Source: Podarcis pityusensis (lineage: Eukaryota). Taken from it: a stretch of DNA of 64,000 bases. The position numbers were made by a program, and so were the translations under genes. The notes below the pieces were generated by a model. It was not told the DNA's origin. It did not search any database and saw only the letters and a list, made by a program, of their open reading frames with translations. Positions 1-14,119 of this stretch are shown piece after piece (the first letter of the stretch is position 1; every line of letters starts with the position of its first letter). The stretch lies in assembly GCA_964106645.2 (NCBI GenBank), contig OZ067038.1, one strand, 5' to 3'.

Positions 1-91
1 TCCCATCATTCCTGACCACTGATCCTGCTAGCTAGGGATGATGGGAGTTGTAGCCCCAAAACATCTGGAGGGCCAAGTTTGCCTATGCCTG
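1..91. mobile_element. Palindromic hAT-type MITE cut by the window edge (same family as 42064-42182)
   Basis: Ends in aaaacatctggagggccaagtttgcctatgcctg. Older related copies lie at about 15030-15150, 37895-38020, 48665-48800, 52590-52730 and 53055-53155. Confidence 0.85.
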
Positions 92-2300
92 ATGTAGGTG
101 CTTAGAAATAGTTTTTCAATTAGAGGAAGTTGAAAGATACATTAACAGTAGCAAGGGTGGGGGGTGGGGGAAGAAATTTTAAGGTTTATGACTGGGGAAG
201 CAATGACTAATCTGAGACAAGAGTTGAATACTTTAATCATGTGAACAAGCCTTGTCCTACCTCATTGGAGCAAGCAGATCTTTGCCTGCACATGCAAAGG
301 TGAGGAACAGTTCACATGAGAATGGGTCTGGTTCTGAAGCTGGCAGAGCTGGGTGAACTCATTGGAGCTACTGTGCTTAAGAAATAACTGGAGCTGGTGG
401 GGATTTTCATTCAAGATGTCTTAACACCTCATAGATAGAGAGATTCATGTGTCCTTGAATAGACGTTTAGAAAGCAAATTACAAGTTTACTAGTTCCAGT
501 GTTTTATATGGGCTTGGACTTTTGTCTGGCTTGGACTGGGAAAATCTACTCAGTTATGAATCTTGCTGGGTTCTTTAGTAACTCTCAGGGATAAGCTATC
601 ATGGTGGAAGATAGGACCAGCAACAAAGTAAGTTGTTACTTCCATATCTCTCTCCCCTATCCACATGGTTTGCCTTGCTTCCCCTTTTTCAGTGCTATGG
701 TTTAGCAAGCAGGCAACATTCCTGCAGCTTGGGTTCCAACTACTAGTCTGTCCAGGTAGGAGCTACTGTTCCCATAAATATTTTTCTGCACCACCACCAG
801 AAGGGATCATCCTGTTTGGCAAGAACAAAGGCTGGAGGCATAAAACGGCTGCAAGGCAACTTTATTTGTCCCTGTAAGTACATTCTGTTTGTATTTTAAA
901 GGTTATACTATAAAATAAGTGTACAGACCTGTCTTTTCACATTCTGCAGAAGCTCATTTTCCCAACCAAAGAGGGTTTTTTTGTGGTGCCCACTCTTTGG
1001 AATACTCACCCCCCCCACACACACTGTTGTGCTGGCTACTGATACCAGTCATTTGTCAAACTTTTTAAGTTGAATTTTATACTGACTGTTTATGGTGTTG
1101 GGATTATTTTTATTTTTATTTATTTTAATTGATTTATTGTAAACTGTCTTGATATATGTTTGTAATAGTCTCTGTGTGTGATACATACTGCTTTCAGCAG
1201 ATGAAAGCATGGAGTCCCATTTAGATACCAAGTATTGATACTCTTCAATAAACAGAGGAATTAATGATCAACCTCTGGATTAGGAGATTAGTATCTACAA
1301 TGAATTGGCAGCATAATGAACTGATGAATTTGAGTTAAGTAAGAGTGAACATGCGATGAATGTTCTCCTTTGGCTTTTTGTATTAGAAACATTAATTTGC
1401 GGCAATAGAGTTCCTATAAATGTATTACTCTTGGGGGGAAATCAATTAGAATGAATAGTCGGACAGTTAATTGGGGGTTTTTAAGTTTTGTTTAGCTGAT
1501 TGCTAAACATAGTTATGGTTTATTTAAATGCTGATTGTCTAAGTAATGTATTGAAATGTGCCTCCAGTTGATTTAATGAAGTGTGGATTGTTTAATTGAC
1601 TAGCTTTTGTAGGAATTAATAACTTTTTTCAATGGATTAAGGTATATTAATTTTGTATAGGGTTGTATCCAATGGTTACTTGGGTAGAAGGTCTCCTGTG
1701 CAACCAATCTTTCCCTTTCTTTTTGAAAAGTATCTGTCCAGGACAGTGTAGGTTGCTTTACTACCTTTTGTTTCTACAGGGGATAAGTGTCCCGTGTAGT
1801 CCTCCTTGGAATCAAAATTATTCTCAGTGGTTATTTCAGACTTACATAGGATGACTTGGATTGCCCCTACTTACTCTAGGACATTTTTTCTTCATGTCTT
1901 TTTATCATCATAACTTACTTTGCACTTATTTCCTTACTTTGTATTTCAGACAGGGAATAATTTATCTCCTATCCCACAATAAACCTTAAGGGACAGTTGA
2001 CAACTGTTCCAGAGGGCGTCTCCACCCCACCACATAGAGAGAGGCAAGTCTGTTTTGTACCATTTCTGTAATTGGTAGTTTGGGGGCTAATATCCGCTTC
2101 CGTAGTAGTTCAATATTTTCATTATCTGAATATACTGGGAGCTGCATTTCTAGTAGCTACTGAAAATCATTTGGCTTTGTGCTATCCAAATAAATGTGTG
2201 TCAAGGTGGTTTGTCAAGCACACTCTCTGAAATGTAGGGACGGTTTCTAAACTTCATCCAGGGGAGGCAGGCTCCGCAGAAGGGAATGTCTGTTCTTTCT

Positions 2301-2357
2301 ACTCCCTGTGATGGAGTAATGTGGCCAGACTCCCCTGTGATGGAGTAATGTGGCCAG
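2301..2357. repeat. Two-copy 28/29-bp tandem duplication (actccc[c]tgtgatggagtaatgtggccag)
   Basis: Direct observation. Confidence 0.92.
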
Positions 2358-4989
2358 AACCCTAATCTTATTTAGTAAGTTTTGGATTCCATGGATAATG
2401 GGATTTTATGTCTACATCAAAAGTTGGAACCAACATGAGGACTTTGCCCAGAAGCTACTATTGATAAATTTCTTTCAGCACCTTTGCTTCAGCCACAGCT
2501 TTAAACTCCATTGTCATCTTATCTACTGCTGACAAACAACTCAGAAGCTTAGTAGGTTGTTTGAGTTTATTTCTTAATTCTTCTTTACATAGTACAATTT
2601 ATAAAAATACAGAAGCCCAGCCCACCCCTAAAATTCACAGTGTCTAAAGGCAGTGGTTAACAGTATACATCACCTTTATTCTAACAGTACCATTGTGTTC
2701 AGTTGCATAGGAAGGGTATTATGCCTTTACAACAGAGTCTGATAATATTTTCTTTTCCTATTTTGCTTCACAAGGCATATACTCTGCTTGTTGTTGTTGT
2801 GATAATAATTATCTCTATTTATGTACTCAAGAGCTGTCATTTATCTCCACTTCAGCTACAAAATAGAGTGAAGGTATCTCCCATCTTCATCTTCCATTTG
2901 TGTTTCCTCGTGCTTTACTTTTTAAAAATGAATTAGATTGCATTTCAAATATGCACACATTTGGATACTGGCTGAGAGTAGTTAGTTGTGCAGCTGACTT
3001 CCCTCTACATACTTTTATCTTTTCTGTACCTCAAGCCTTTATGGAATTCTTCCTGACCTCAGTGTAAACTTGCAACACATCCCTCCTACTAGCGACTCTG
3101 TTCCCCGCAATCAAGAATTGCCCTTCAGTGAACATGGTCTTAGCTTTAAAAACTTGCCCTTCAAATTACAAACGAAGGATCTTTGTGTTCTTAAAGCTTC
3201 ATCCTGAAGCGGAAGAGGGAGGTGGGAGAAAATGGTCTGTATTCACAATTGAAACAAACACTGGTGTGTCCAAGAGGTGCATGCCTATTTAAGACATCAT
3301 ATCTTTGGGCCCGGGAGATGGACTAGTGAGTAAACTGGGCTGGAATATTCTGCACATGGTTAAAAGCACACTGTCTTTAGGTATTGCAGGGCTAAGCCAT
3401 TGCACTGACAATGGTTTGAAATGATTCACCAGTGAGCCTTGGCTCAAATTAAGCCTCGGGGCTTTTTTCTGCTTTAGCGGTGTAATAGCTCTGAACCCAC
3501 TGCAAATAAATACAGGCTTATAGTGTAATATTAGGAAGCTGGTGTTTTTCAGGACCTATTTATAGATGGTATTTTTCTTAAGACTAGAGAAACCCCTTAG
3601 AGGGAAATAGACCCATTAACCTTCCACATAATAAATATATGGGCAAGATGTGATTATTTTAGTACAAGTGGAAGTATTTGGAAGCAAATATCACCACTGG
3701 TACAATGTGTCTGATACACAATATGTATGTTGGGATAGCCTTGCCAAATTGGGTGCCCTGCCAGTGTGGTCAGCCGAAACACTCACAGTGGCCATGCTGG
3801 CTGAGATGGAAGGGAGTTGTGTCCTCCAAATAATAATGGTTCCAAGTTGGGTCCGGGCGAGGTAACAAAGAAGCAGGAAAACAACTTTTATCGTATTGCA
3901 ACCTAGGCTATTGGAACACTGATTCCATGTTGACAGTGCGAGTGCCTTGCCACAAAAGCTAGCCAATTCTAAATAGCTGTATTCAAATAAATGAGGTTTA
4001 CTTTCCTGATCCAGAGACCCCCACAGCAAAAGATGCACAAAATCTACTATCTTACCTGTGCAAGAATGGTGTTCCACGTGCATAGTGGAGTTTCAGTTTC
4101 AGGCAAATGTGCTTAGGAGGCAGACATACAGCTGCTAATTTAGAATGCATTGTTTCCTGGAAAGTACATCTGGCATAAATAGCAGAGATCACCCCTAAGG
4201 AATCTCACTTTGGCAGGTTTCTAGAATTTGTCCAGCTCTTTAAATGCTGTTAAAATTCCTGGATGTTTCTCCAGAAAATAGCTTGAGGTATCACCTGAAT
4301 AGTTCAACTTAGAGATGACTCAAGGGTAAACTAGATGGGGCTGGTGTGTTTTTGTGGGAACGGGGCTTTAACCAGTTTACTCTTCCTGTAGTTTGGATCA
4401 AAATTGCACCTGTTACTTCCAGTGGGATGCAAGTTCTCTCTTGCACCAATGGGAGTTTTCTTCCCACGGGGAATAACTGACAACCAATTCAAGAGGGATA
4501 GTTTTAACATGTGATATTAAAAATAGTCTTGTGAGAGCTTAAAATTAAATTTTATTGTGTGAATAGGCTACTGTGCACTACAGCCTATTTTGTAGCTTGA
4601 GGACATTTCATATCTCTTAAAAAATCAGGAAGGTAACTTGAGTACCATTTATACCAGTCCCTCTCTCTACAGCCACTAATATATGTAGCTTTTTCTCTTT
4701 TCTTTCTGCCTCTCAACTCATTTTCAGCAAGTACAAAATGAAGTCCTGCAAAAAGAAATAGGGATGGCTAAATTTGGGATGCGCTGAATACTGAAAGTAA
4801 AGTTGGATGCGCCCAACAACCGCAAGGTCAGAAGTCACCCATTTTTTCTTAAATTCACTCTATAGCCCCTTAACACCATTACATTCAACCTGGAATAGTA
4901 GCCTAGAAGATGAAAGAGTATTTATTTACCTGTAGAAGAGCATCTACAATACCACCTAACCAAGTTGAAAGCAATTGATTTTTGCAGTA

Positions 4990-5180
4990 CAGTAAACCTG
5001 CAACTTGTGTGGAGGTTACAGTCTGGGGATCGTGCCTGAAGCCAAAACCACATATACTCAAAACACATTGGGTTCAATGGTGGATGGGATGGTTAAAGTC
5101 ATTTTCCCCAGAACCCTGCCCCCTTTCTAATTTTTTCCCCCAGGCATATATGTGCAAAAGTTAAAGTTGCAGGCTTACTG
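4990..5180. mobile_element. Tigger/pogo-like (Tc1-mariner superfamily) MITE
   Basis: TIRs cagtaaacctgcaactt / aagttgcaggcttactg (16/17 match) flanked by TA on both sides. Confidence 0.8.
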
Positions 5181-5304
5181 TAATACATAAATGAAACTGG
5201 AACTCAAGGAGCCCAGCTCATATCATTATTATTATTATTCCTACTTACAGCTTAGTTTTTCCTTACACACACCTCTATTGATAATTAAAAACAATAGGAC
5301 CAAT

Positions 5305-8300
5305 ATACTAAGTCAATTTGGACTGTTTATTCATAAAGTATGAGCAAATACAAACATTGTTTACTTTGCCATTCTTAACAGGAATGGATTTTTTTGTGGG
5401 CTGGGAAGATGAACAGTTCTAGCTACAAAAGTCAACTCCTCAATTTTAACTGAACAACAAAATTCGTTCATCTATGAAAAGTTTTTGTTATTTTTTCTTT
5501 CGGGTTCCCCTTTGAAACCTATCCTCAAGTCCAAGTGCTGCTTTTATTATTCTAAATTTATTTTTAGACCATTCAGCAGTACATATACCATTTGTATGTG
5601 TTATAAATATATAAACATACACAGGATTTGAGTAAGGGGACTTTATGATGAACTTTACATTTTTATTTTGCTTGTGTAATAAAGTCCCACATTTGGTGTG
5701 ACTAAATGGACCGAGTTAATTAGTTTGGTTGCTGGATATAATTTTTTCTTAACATTAGATTTTGTAATGCTAGAATGGGGGAGCAATCCTAAATTATACC
5801 CCCGCCCTGCAAAGGGATTCAAATCATACCCACTTCCTACACAGATCTTCATCTAAGTTCATTCTCTAAAAAAAAAATTAAAAAAAATAAGGCAGCAGGT
5901 ACACATGTATCACTCATGTCCTAGGTGAGCTACTGCAAGAGATGAATAAACACTCAAATCACCTTTCCAATGCCATTACCTTATTATTCTCCAAAGGTTT
6001 ACTTTTAACATAAAGAAGGTTCTCCCCCTTCTCTATTAGAATGTGCATATTATTGAAGAGCAGGGTGTTTTTAACTAGCTTTGCAGCAATAAAGTCAATG
6101 TATATTTGTTAAAATATAAATCCTCATCGTAAACCAAAAGGGCAGATTCGATTGCTGCACTACTAGTTTGGCAGAAGTGGCAAAACATCATCAGGTTCAA
6201 GAAACTGCATCACAACTGGTGCTGCCAGAAAGAGAAAGCAAATCTGTGTAGGGCTCCCATATAGTATGGTGATTAAGCTTTGCTGCTTTATCAGTCTAAA
6301 CATTCTCTGTAGTCACATTATGGCAGTAGAGGACACTGGGATAAGCAGCAGGAAAGATGAGCAAATGTTACTCACTTAGATCAGCTCTTGCACTCTCCAC
6401 ACACTGGACTTGCCAAAGTCTGGCACACCTTCTATGATGTGTGCAGCTCCCTTGCTAGCAAGGTTTAGCCACATTCATTTTAACAATTTCCAGCAGCAGC
6501 AGCAGCAGCTCCACAGCTATGAAACGATAGATATGTCTTCTGCCCCTTTTCTGAGAGGGAGAGTTCTATGGCAGCTTGTAAGAAACTGCTGTATCACAAT
6601 GCGTAAGAGCAGTGCAACTGTAGTGCTCATACTTCTTTCCTGCAAAAAGCTATTATTTTTTTCAAAAAGAGACAAAACACAAGGGTGATAGTTCCTCACA
6701 TTTGAGTAACCACAGGTTATGATTCTGAAATCAAAAGCTAACATTTTCCTACCCAAATATGAAAAGCCATTTTCTTCCCTGCATCTGGAGAAAGTGAAGA
6801 GTTAGGACAACCTCCAAAATACGATTTGTAAAACAGGATTTGTAGTTGCTATTATTTAAACCTCCGTTCTAAAAGAATCTGAATCTGCTGTGTTCTTTGC
6901 TCTCTGTCCCACTCCTTGGGTTCAACATATCCCACTCAAAATGAAAGCCCTAGTTTCAAATCTGTTCAACTGAATCTTGTAGATGTTGCCTAAGCTTATA
7001 AAGGTGGTTAAAAAAGAAGTAAAACAAAAAGTGGATGAGAGATCCTTTGTAGCACTTGACCGTACAGAATTTGGGCACAGTCCTCACAGCATCTCGGGGG
7101 TTGCATGCAACTTGATGACACTTTAATGGCTGCCTCCTGCTACATAGAACTGGTTTAGGAAATCCCATGAGTCTCAAAAGAAACTTGCTGTGCAAAGTGC
7201 CCCACTAGATGTAAGAGAGCTGGGTTTCTTCCCCATGGCAAAAATGCATTGCTCCTCTGAAGGATATTCCCAAACATTTGCATATTCAGTTTCCACATCA
7301 AACACTGGGAGGGGGCTTTGTTTCCTTGCTGACTACGCCCTGCTGTCAAAAGCAACACTGCCAAAACAAATACATTTCCAGTGTGTACTACAACATCCAT
7401 TATGACAACCCCAAGTGTAATAAATACCAGGTGTTTAGAAAACCCCTCTAGAGAATCAGACCGCTCTACTGTGGACATTATCAGCTGGGTGCCTGAAACA
7501 CTAAATTAACTTAGGATGCAAGAATGTCACTATGCCCTATGTCATTAACCTGCCATGTGATAAGAAACTGCTCTTATTTTGCATTAGATGTTGCCCCTAA
7601 AGAATTGTACTGCCATGCAAACATTAACGGAATGTTAAAAAGCTCAGATGTTCTTTTCCACCCATTCACCCTACTTTCTGTTGAAATGGCATCTGCACAC
7701 CCACGTTGCAATTGTCATTCATATTTTTGAAAGGGTATCATTCTTCACATTCAGATGCCTGGGAAGAATGAATTTGGAATATCCTAACTAAAAATATCCC
7801 TCCCCTAGCCTGCCCTGATTTCTGGCATTTGGAGAAAGAAAGATATGCTGCATAACCAGAATGGGAAAATATTCTATGTAATAAAATAAATTCTAGTCTT
7901 TATCTAACTGAAAAATAGATCTGGCTTATTTTATGGCAAAAAAAGAGTGAACGAAAGGTTTAATTCATTTGCATATATACCTTTTTAAGAACTGTTGCAA
8001 AATAAATTACAATTTTGCAGCACCCTCTGAAACAGTGACACTGATCCAGCCATTTCTTACACAATATAGAGGCTCAGATGGAGCTCAATTACGAGCAAGT
8101 GTCCCAATCATTTCGGTGAAAAACACAGGTCTGCATGTGCAGCAGCTTTCTTTTGTCAGGTGAATGGGATGTTCTGCACTCAAAAGAGCCTCGTGTGCAA
8201 CAGAAACCCCAGAAGAGTCTGGATTAGAGTCTGTAGCAATTTGATCAAGTTCTCAGTCATGGGCACATGGAAGCAAACAGCAAAAACCAAAACAAAACCC

Positions 8301-10153
8301 CAGCAGGTTGCATATCTAAATCCCCCCAAAAATCTACAGCCCATGCATCCATCCAGACTACTTCAGCCATTGGTATACCATTCACAATTTAGGCACCAAT
8401 GTTTTATGATATGTGGTTGCATAAGGTGTTGGCATCAGCACTGGATTGCTCTCCCTATTCAAACTAGCCATTTTGCATCATGAACACAGAGCCACTGACC
8501 GGTTTGCATGTCCTGCCTGTGTTAATGGTCTTGCCTGTGCCATCATTCAGATCCTATGTCCAAAATGTGTTTTAAAGGTGGCAACAGTAATGAGCACAGG
8601 TCTGGCTGCCAGACAGTGAACCTGAATCTAAAACAAACGGCTTGGACAAATGTCAAGCCAGCAACTGCAAATAGATATGGTCATTGCTGAAAGAAGATAT
8701 GGAGGAGAATCCCCAAGCTCTGGAATTGTTCATCATTCATGCCGGGACTCTTATTACATGCTCTGCATTGTGGCAGTCTCCATCTCTTAGCACCAGGAGT
8801 TATGCTGAACAACAATGGCAAACTTGCTCACATTGCCAGACACACTGGGAATGTCCATTAAAGCGTGGTGTGCATTGGCTAGACATGAATGTCAGACAAT
8901 CACCTGTCCAAAGACGACATGGCTTCTGCACTGGTCTAACACAATCACACATATACAAAGAATAACATTTCAAAACTGGACTGGATTATTATTATTTGAA
9001 AAGGCTACAGACCCCATTTTTTACCTTTACCGAAGCAGAATTACTTTTTCTTCTTCTTGCTCAGACACAGAAGGACACTGTCAACTGATGGTGCACATTG
9101 TACTCCCATGGAGAAGTACTAGCTGGAAGACACTGAAGGAATCTGCAGTAGGCTTTATGGGTTAGACTATGCTATGAAGACATTCTTCAGAGACAAACTG
9201 AACTCAAAACATTTTTTCCCCAAGTGAATAAAAAATTATAAAAAATAAAATCAGCATTAGCACAAAGCTTGGTGATTTCAACAAGGACAGCAAGGCCATC
9301 AATCTAGCAGCTCCTTAAGAGACTACCACAATCAAAGTTAAAAGAAAATAGTTGCCCCACCCCTTCCAAAATCAAGATATTCCATGGCTCTTGTTCCACT
9401 CATCATATTTTCCCCAGTGGGATAAATTCTCTTCTACCCAGAGCCCATGCTTCAAGCACCCAAACCTATACTTCAGGTAATGTCATCCTACATTTCCCTC
9501 AAAACTATGGCTGGAAATGTTTCAAAATACTAGTTTTGCGTGAAGTACCTTATCTTTGTTCTGTTTATCTCACTAGACTTTCTTTTCCATTGAAGGCTGC
9601 ATATTATTTCAACGTGTCGCAGGAAATGGTGATGACACACTGATCAACCCCCAAACCTAAACACCAGAATCTTGAGCACAATGTTCGATAAGGCTTCTCT
9701 TGTGGATGGCATTCATACTACCATTAACCTGTAGGCTTACGAAGGACGCATCTCAGCGTGTTGAAGGCATTTGTCTTCCATGTCCACTGAGTTTCTGAAG
9801 CAGTGCTGGATAGCCAAGTACCATTCCACACAAAGTTAGCACATAATGGTTGGTTCTTGGACTGTCATGGCATCAGACACAAAGGCATCTCCAGCCATAA
9901 ATATCCATAGCAGTATGTGATGTCTCTAGCTGAGGACTCCTCAAAAAATCTTAGGCAAGATGGTCCATTGTCCATAAGCAGTGGGTCCACTTAAGGAGAT
10001 GTACTACTCAAAAGTAAGACCACTGATAAAAGAGAAAATAAAAGGCCCACTGTATAATATTTACATCTAGAGACTGGGCCAATATTTGGTCCATAAACTC
10101 AATTTAAAAAATAAAAATCATAAAGGAAGCGATCCAGTTCTTGGTGTCCATCA
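5305..10153 (-). other. SEMA5B: Probable SEMA5B 3'UTR (end uncertain)
   Basis: Follows the stop codon. No minus-strand AATAAA found until 5662-5667, U-rich on the transcript strand, and no recognisable transposons. Confidence 0.55.
5326..5667 (-). terminator. Cluster of candidate polyadenylation signals (AATAAA at 5662-5667, 5557-5562, 5543-5548, 5326-5331)
   Basis: TTTATT on the + strand at these positions. The 5326 signal is followed on the transcript by a U/GU-rich stretch (ctattgtttttaatt). Confidence 0.5.
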
Positions 10154-10309
10154 TCAGCTGTTGGTAAAGGTCCTTCCAGGGGAGGCCTCAGGCCTGTAGT
10201 CATACTTATTCAGTGTACTGGGGTAATAGGTGGTTGTGTACACATTTGTTTGCTGCAAAGGATAGAAGTTGGTCCTGTCATCTGGTATTAAATTGTTCTT
10301 GTTAAGTGT
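10154..10309 (-). CDS. SEMA5B: SEMA5B terminal coding exon (TLNKNNLIPDDRTNFYPLQQTNVYTTTYYPSTLNKYDYRPEASPGRTFTNS*)
   Basis: Hand translation. Acceptor ttttcccccccccacag. Stop TGA at 10156-10154, immediately followed by a second TGA. Closely matches the known SEMA5B cytoplasmic C-terminus. Confidence 0.97.
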   Translation of the reverse strand, partial: TLNKNNLIPDDRTNFYPLQQTNVYTTTYYPSTLNKYDYRPEASPGRTFTNS

Positions 10310-12099
10310 CTGTGGGGGGGAAAACAGAGAAATTTATAGATACACTCATTTCCCTCCCTTGTCTAAAAAGCTCACATATTCCATTTTCTAATGCGATTTT
10401 ATATTAGTACCTTCCCTCTTCTAAGGTGTCGCCTTAAGTATTTTGTAGCTCTCTACAGAGACCTCTCTGTGGATAGGGCCACGACTCCTCCTGGCTTTGC
10501 CAGTGTTTTGGGCAATCTGAGCCAAGCCACTACTGCAAACCAAGCTCTATGGGTTTCTCCAGATTTGCAGACATGGCTTTCCCATATTGGTGACATGATG
10601 TTTGATGGTCGTCACCACCATCTCCATCACCCGCCACTGTGCAACTGAGACTGGGGTCCCATCTACATGTTTCACTCCAGCTCCCTCCCAAGAGTAAACC
10701 AAAAGGGCATTTCTCTTTTGCTTTGGAAGAGCAGGTGCACATTTACCTGATCTCCATCTCCACTGGTAGATATCCAGGTTTGGACCCCCCGATATTAAGT
10801 GTGTCACTTCTGTAAGCTACAGTGTAAGTAACAAGGCATGGTCACATTTGAGGGGAAAAGGATGGCTGAAGAAAATTAACAACCAACAAAGTTACAAGTA
10901 GTTGTCAACAGCATGGAGAAAAAATGGAGGTGGGATGTAGGTGTCATTTTAATTACTGATGTTTAAATAAGGGATTTCTTATTCTCTCCTCCCCCTTCCT
11001 TTGCTGGGCATTTATTAATTAATTCCTTTTAATGGCACCACCATAAGCTGGTGTAAAAATTCGCTGTCATTCCAACATACCCTTTATCTTTTTCTAGCTC
11101 ATGTTTAATCTATCTGCTGGACAGATATATTTTTCTGTGCCCGGAAAAAGAAGTCTGTCACGTTTGAACACATTCAGAAAAAGAAACAGTGAAAAACAGC
11201 ATCTTTGCAAAGGATTAAACATACATAATTCCATAATCTTGATGTGGCTATTACAAATGAAACAGACAGTATCTTGCTCTCTTCTGACCTCAAGTATAGC
11301 TCTCGGTGATCTCTTAACCAGGTCACTGACCTGGTCAAAAACCACTTGAGCGCCAGCAAGTCTATAGCATCAGGTACAATTATCTTTCCTTATAAAGCAC
11401 CCCCTGTCATGCTAGAACAGGGGTGGGCAGATTTCGTGCTTGCAGGAGAGACTGTGTGTTTTACTAGAACCCATGAACCGGAAGCAGCTGCAGAGGATGC
11501 ATGTAGAATCGAGGAATTCTGAGCCCAAGGCATTTGTTTGCCAGCACTGAAAGTTCTTCACAAAGGTTTATTCCTGATGGCAACCCAGCCACAACCACCT
11601 GCAACAATGACACTCCTCCTTTCTTCATTTCAAGAGTATCATTTAGGAAGGGAGTTAATTTGGTTATTAAAGAACATCAGAAATTGGTGATCTTGAAATC
11701 ACCCAGATCTACCAGTAGATACAGATCTACCTTCTGCCCACTGCTACACCAGACACAATGAAGCTTTTAGACAGGAGATGGAAAGTGGGTTAAACCCAAA
11801 AGTGCCTTTCTGTGTGAGAATGAGTCTTCTATGCATTGAAGGGCTGTTTTACACATTGATCTCTAAAGTGTTCCACAATAAAACAAACAAAAATCAAAGG
11901 TGTTTTTCCTGCACAGTCAGATGCATACGGACTGCCTCCAACTCTCCACAATATACAATAGAGACTATCATTCACTCAGCAGCCATGTGCTTGCATGATA
12001 CTGACTGAGCATCCCACTTTTCCACTTCCATCCCTGCCACCTAAAGACCTTGCAAGCTACCTCACTGGTCATAACAACATCTACTGTATTTTTCCTGTG

Positions 12100-12271
12100 T
12101 AGTCAGTGGAGCGGACTCCCTCAGGTGGTTGTGGACTCTCCTTTACTGGAGGTTCTTAAGCAGAGGTTGGATGGCCACCTGTCTTGGATGCTTTAGTTGA
12201 GATTCCCACATTGAAAGGGGGTTGGACTAGGTGACTCCCAGGATCCTTTCCAACTCTACAATTCTATGATT
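12100..12271 (+). mobile_element. CR1 LINE 3' end
   Basis: ggaggttcttaagcagaggttggatggcca...ccttt ccaactctacaattctatgatt; this is the CR1 3'UTR and ATTCTATG tail. Confidence 0.85.
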
Positions 12272-14084
12272 GTACCACCTCTGGTCAAACAAGGGTTGGG
12301 GGGCTTTGAAGCCTTCCCATATGATACAAAACCCAGACTGGAATGAAAAGTGGGGAAAAGAGAGAAGATGAGGGAAGATGTAACAGTGGGGCCTATCAAT
12401 TGTGTGTTTGTGTGTGATTGTGGGGAGCCTTATATCCCGCCTCAAGATAACAAAAGGGTCTGCACTACAAGTGGTCAAAGCCAAAGGCAGGTTTTGCTTG
12501 GAACGTCCCAACAACAGCAACACACTCCCGACTTTATACTGCAGCACAGCAGACAGCAAAGATTCAGAGCCAGTGAATGGCTGCTAATATTCCACATAAA
12601 TTTGACAGAGGCAAACATTCAAACCCTTAAGTGGCAGCATCCACTGATCTTAAATAAGACGAATGTGACAAGCCTGCCAGGCTTGCTGCTGCTGCCGCCG
12701 CCACCATAAGCTAATGACACCTCTGTAAGATGCATCATTGCTCTGCCGGTGTAATCTTCACTGCATGAGAGCCACACCTCCCGAGCATGGCTGACTGCTC
12801 AATTTGACTCGACCCAATGAATTAAAGAGGGTCAGGGGAAGAGACTAATAGCTTTCAGCTAAGCTATACTGCTAAATCCTTTTTGTTCCTCCTCAGTAAG
12901 CCTCCTTGCTTTCTCTTCCTAGCAGGCATTATGTAAATCAAGCATCCCTTGAAGTGATATTTAGAGCTGCGGGATAATACAATAAAAATAATGCTGTTTC
13001 CCACCTGCAAACCATTCCCTTTCATATCAGACTCTGCCCACTGAAAACATGTGCTTTGCCACTCAAGCGGCAAACATTCTTAAATGCCGGAAGGTGGGGG
13101 GAAAGGCTTTGGTACACATGAAAATCATAAGAACCAAAATTTGCATTTCACTTTTTTTCCGGGGGAGGAGGAGGAGGAGGAGGGTTGAGGGGATGGAATA
13201 AATGATTTGCTAATCTAGCCAAGAGTCTCAATTTTAAAGCCACGCAGTGAAGAGATGGGTCTCAAGGAGAAACCGTTACTAACTTTCCAGACTGCTGCAA
13301 TTCATCCAGCTTTTGACTGATGGCTAAACTGTAAATAAATTGATGCTGCAGCTTTAAACGATGTACAACAGAAGGGTCACTACAGGAAGGAGGTTCTTGC
13401 TGTGGCTGTATCACTGCTTCTGCCAGCCCACACATGGGAATCAAGGGTGAAGAAAGAAAACAGCCAGTAAAAGTGAAAGAGCAACCTATCAAATTAAAAG
13501 ATAGGAGATTGTCATGTTGCGCTTTCCAAGGGATAGAAGGGTAAAAAAACTCCACAAGCCCATTTCTAGCCCAGCTGCAAAAACCTCCTGGGAAAGGAAA
13601 GGTGGCTCAAAGTCTTCTGTGCTATCTCTGCCTCCCTGGACCCCGCAAGTGTTATTTTCAGCAGCAGTAAAAATGACCATCCACAAGGGAACAAGACGTT
13701 GAGAAGTCAGGCAGTGCTTTGGAACATCACATCCCCCTTCTAGTTTTATTTCTCATTTCACAGCTGGAAGGTCCTCAGATTTTTTTTTAAGATTGCTGCT
13801 TCATCTGAAATTATTATTCTTCAGGGGATGGGAGGAGAGCAGAGCCTCTGTTTCCCGGTCTCCAGCACTGACATTTTCCCTACAGCATCTAGGTGTATAT
13901 CTCTGGGTGGTTAATGAACCACATATCACACGATTCAATATCCCTTTCACCAAGGGTACTGCGCCAGACTGATGAAACTGGCTTTCTTTCTGTTGACAGA
14001 AGGAAGGCTATATTGTGGAAATCTCTCTGCAACCTGAAATAATTCCTGTAACTGGAAGTTACAAGGCTGTATTTTGCAAGTCCT

Positions 14085-14086
<2 letters not shown>

Positions 14087-14117
<31 letters not shown>
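14087..14117. repeat. (CA)n microsatellite
   Basis: Direct observation. Confidence 0.98.

Positions 14118-14119
<2 letters not shown>

Noticed and set aside
10747-10809. 63-nt AG...GT pseudo-exon in the last intron with an immediate stop (AAG TGA)
   Set aside because: Ordinary splice-like signals with no further support; such pseudo-exons are frequent.
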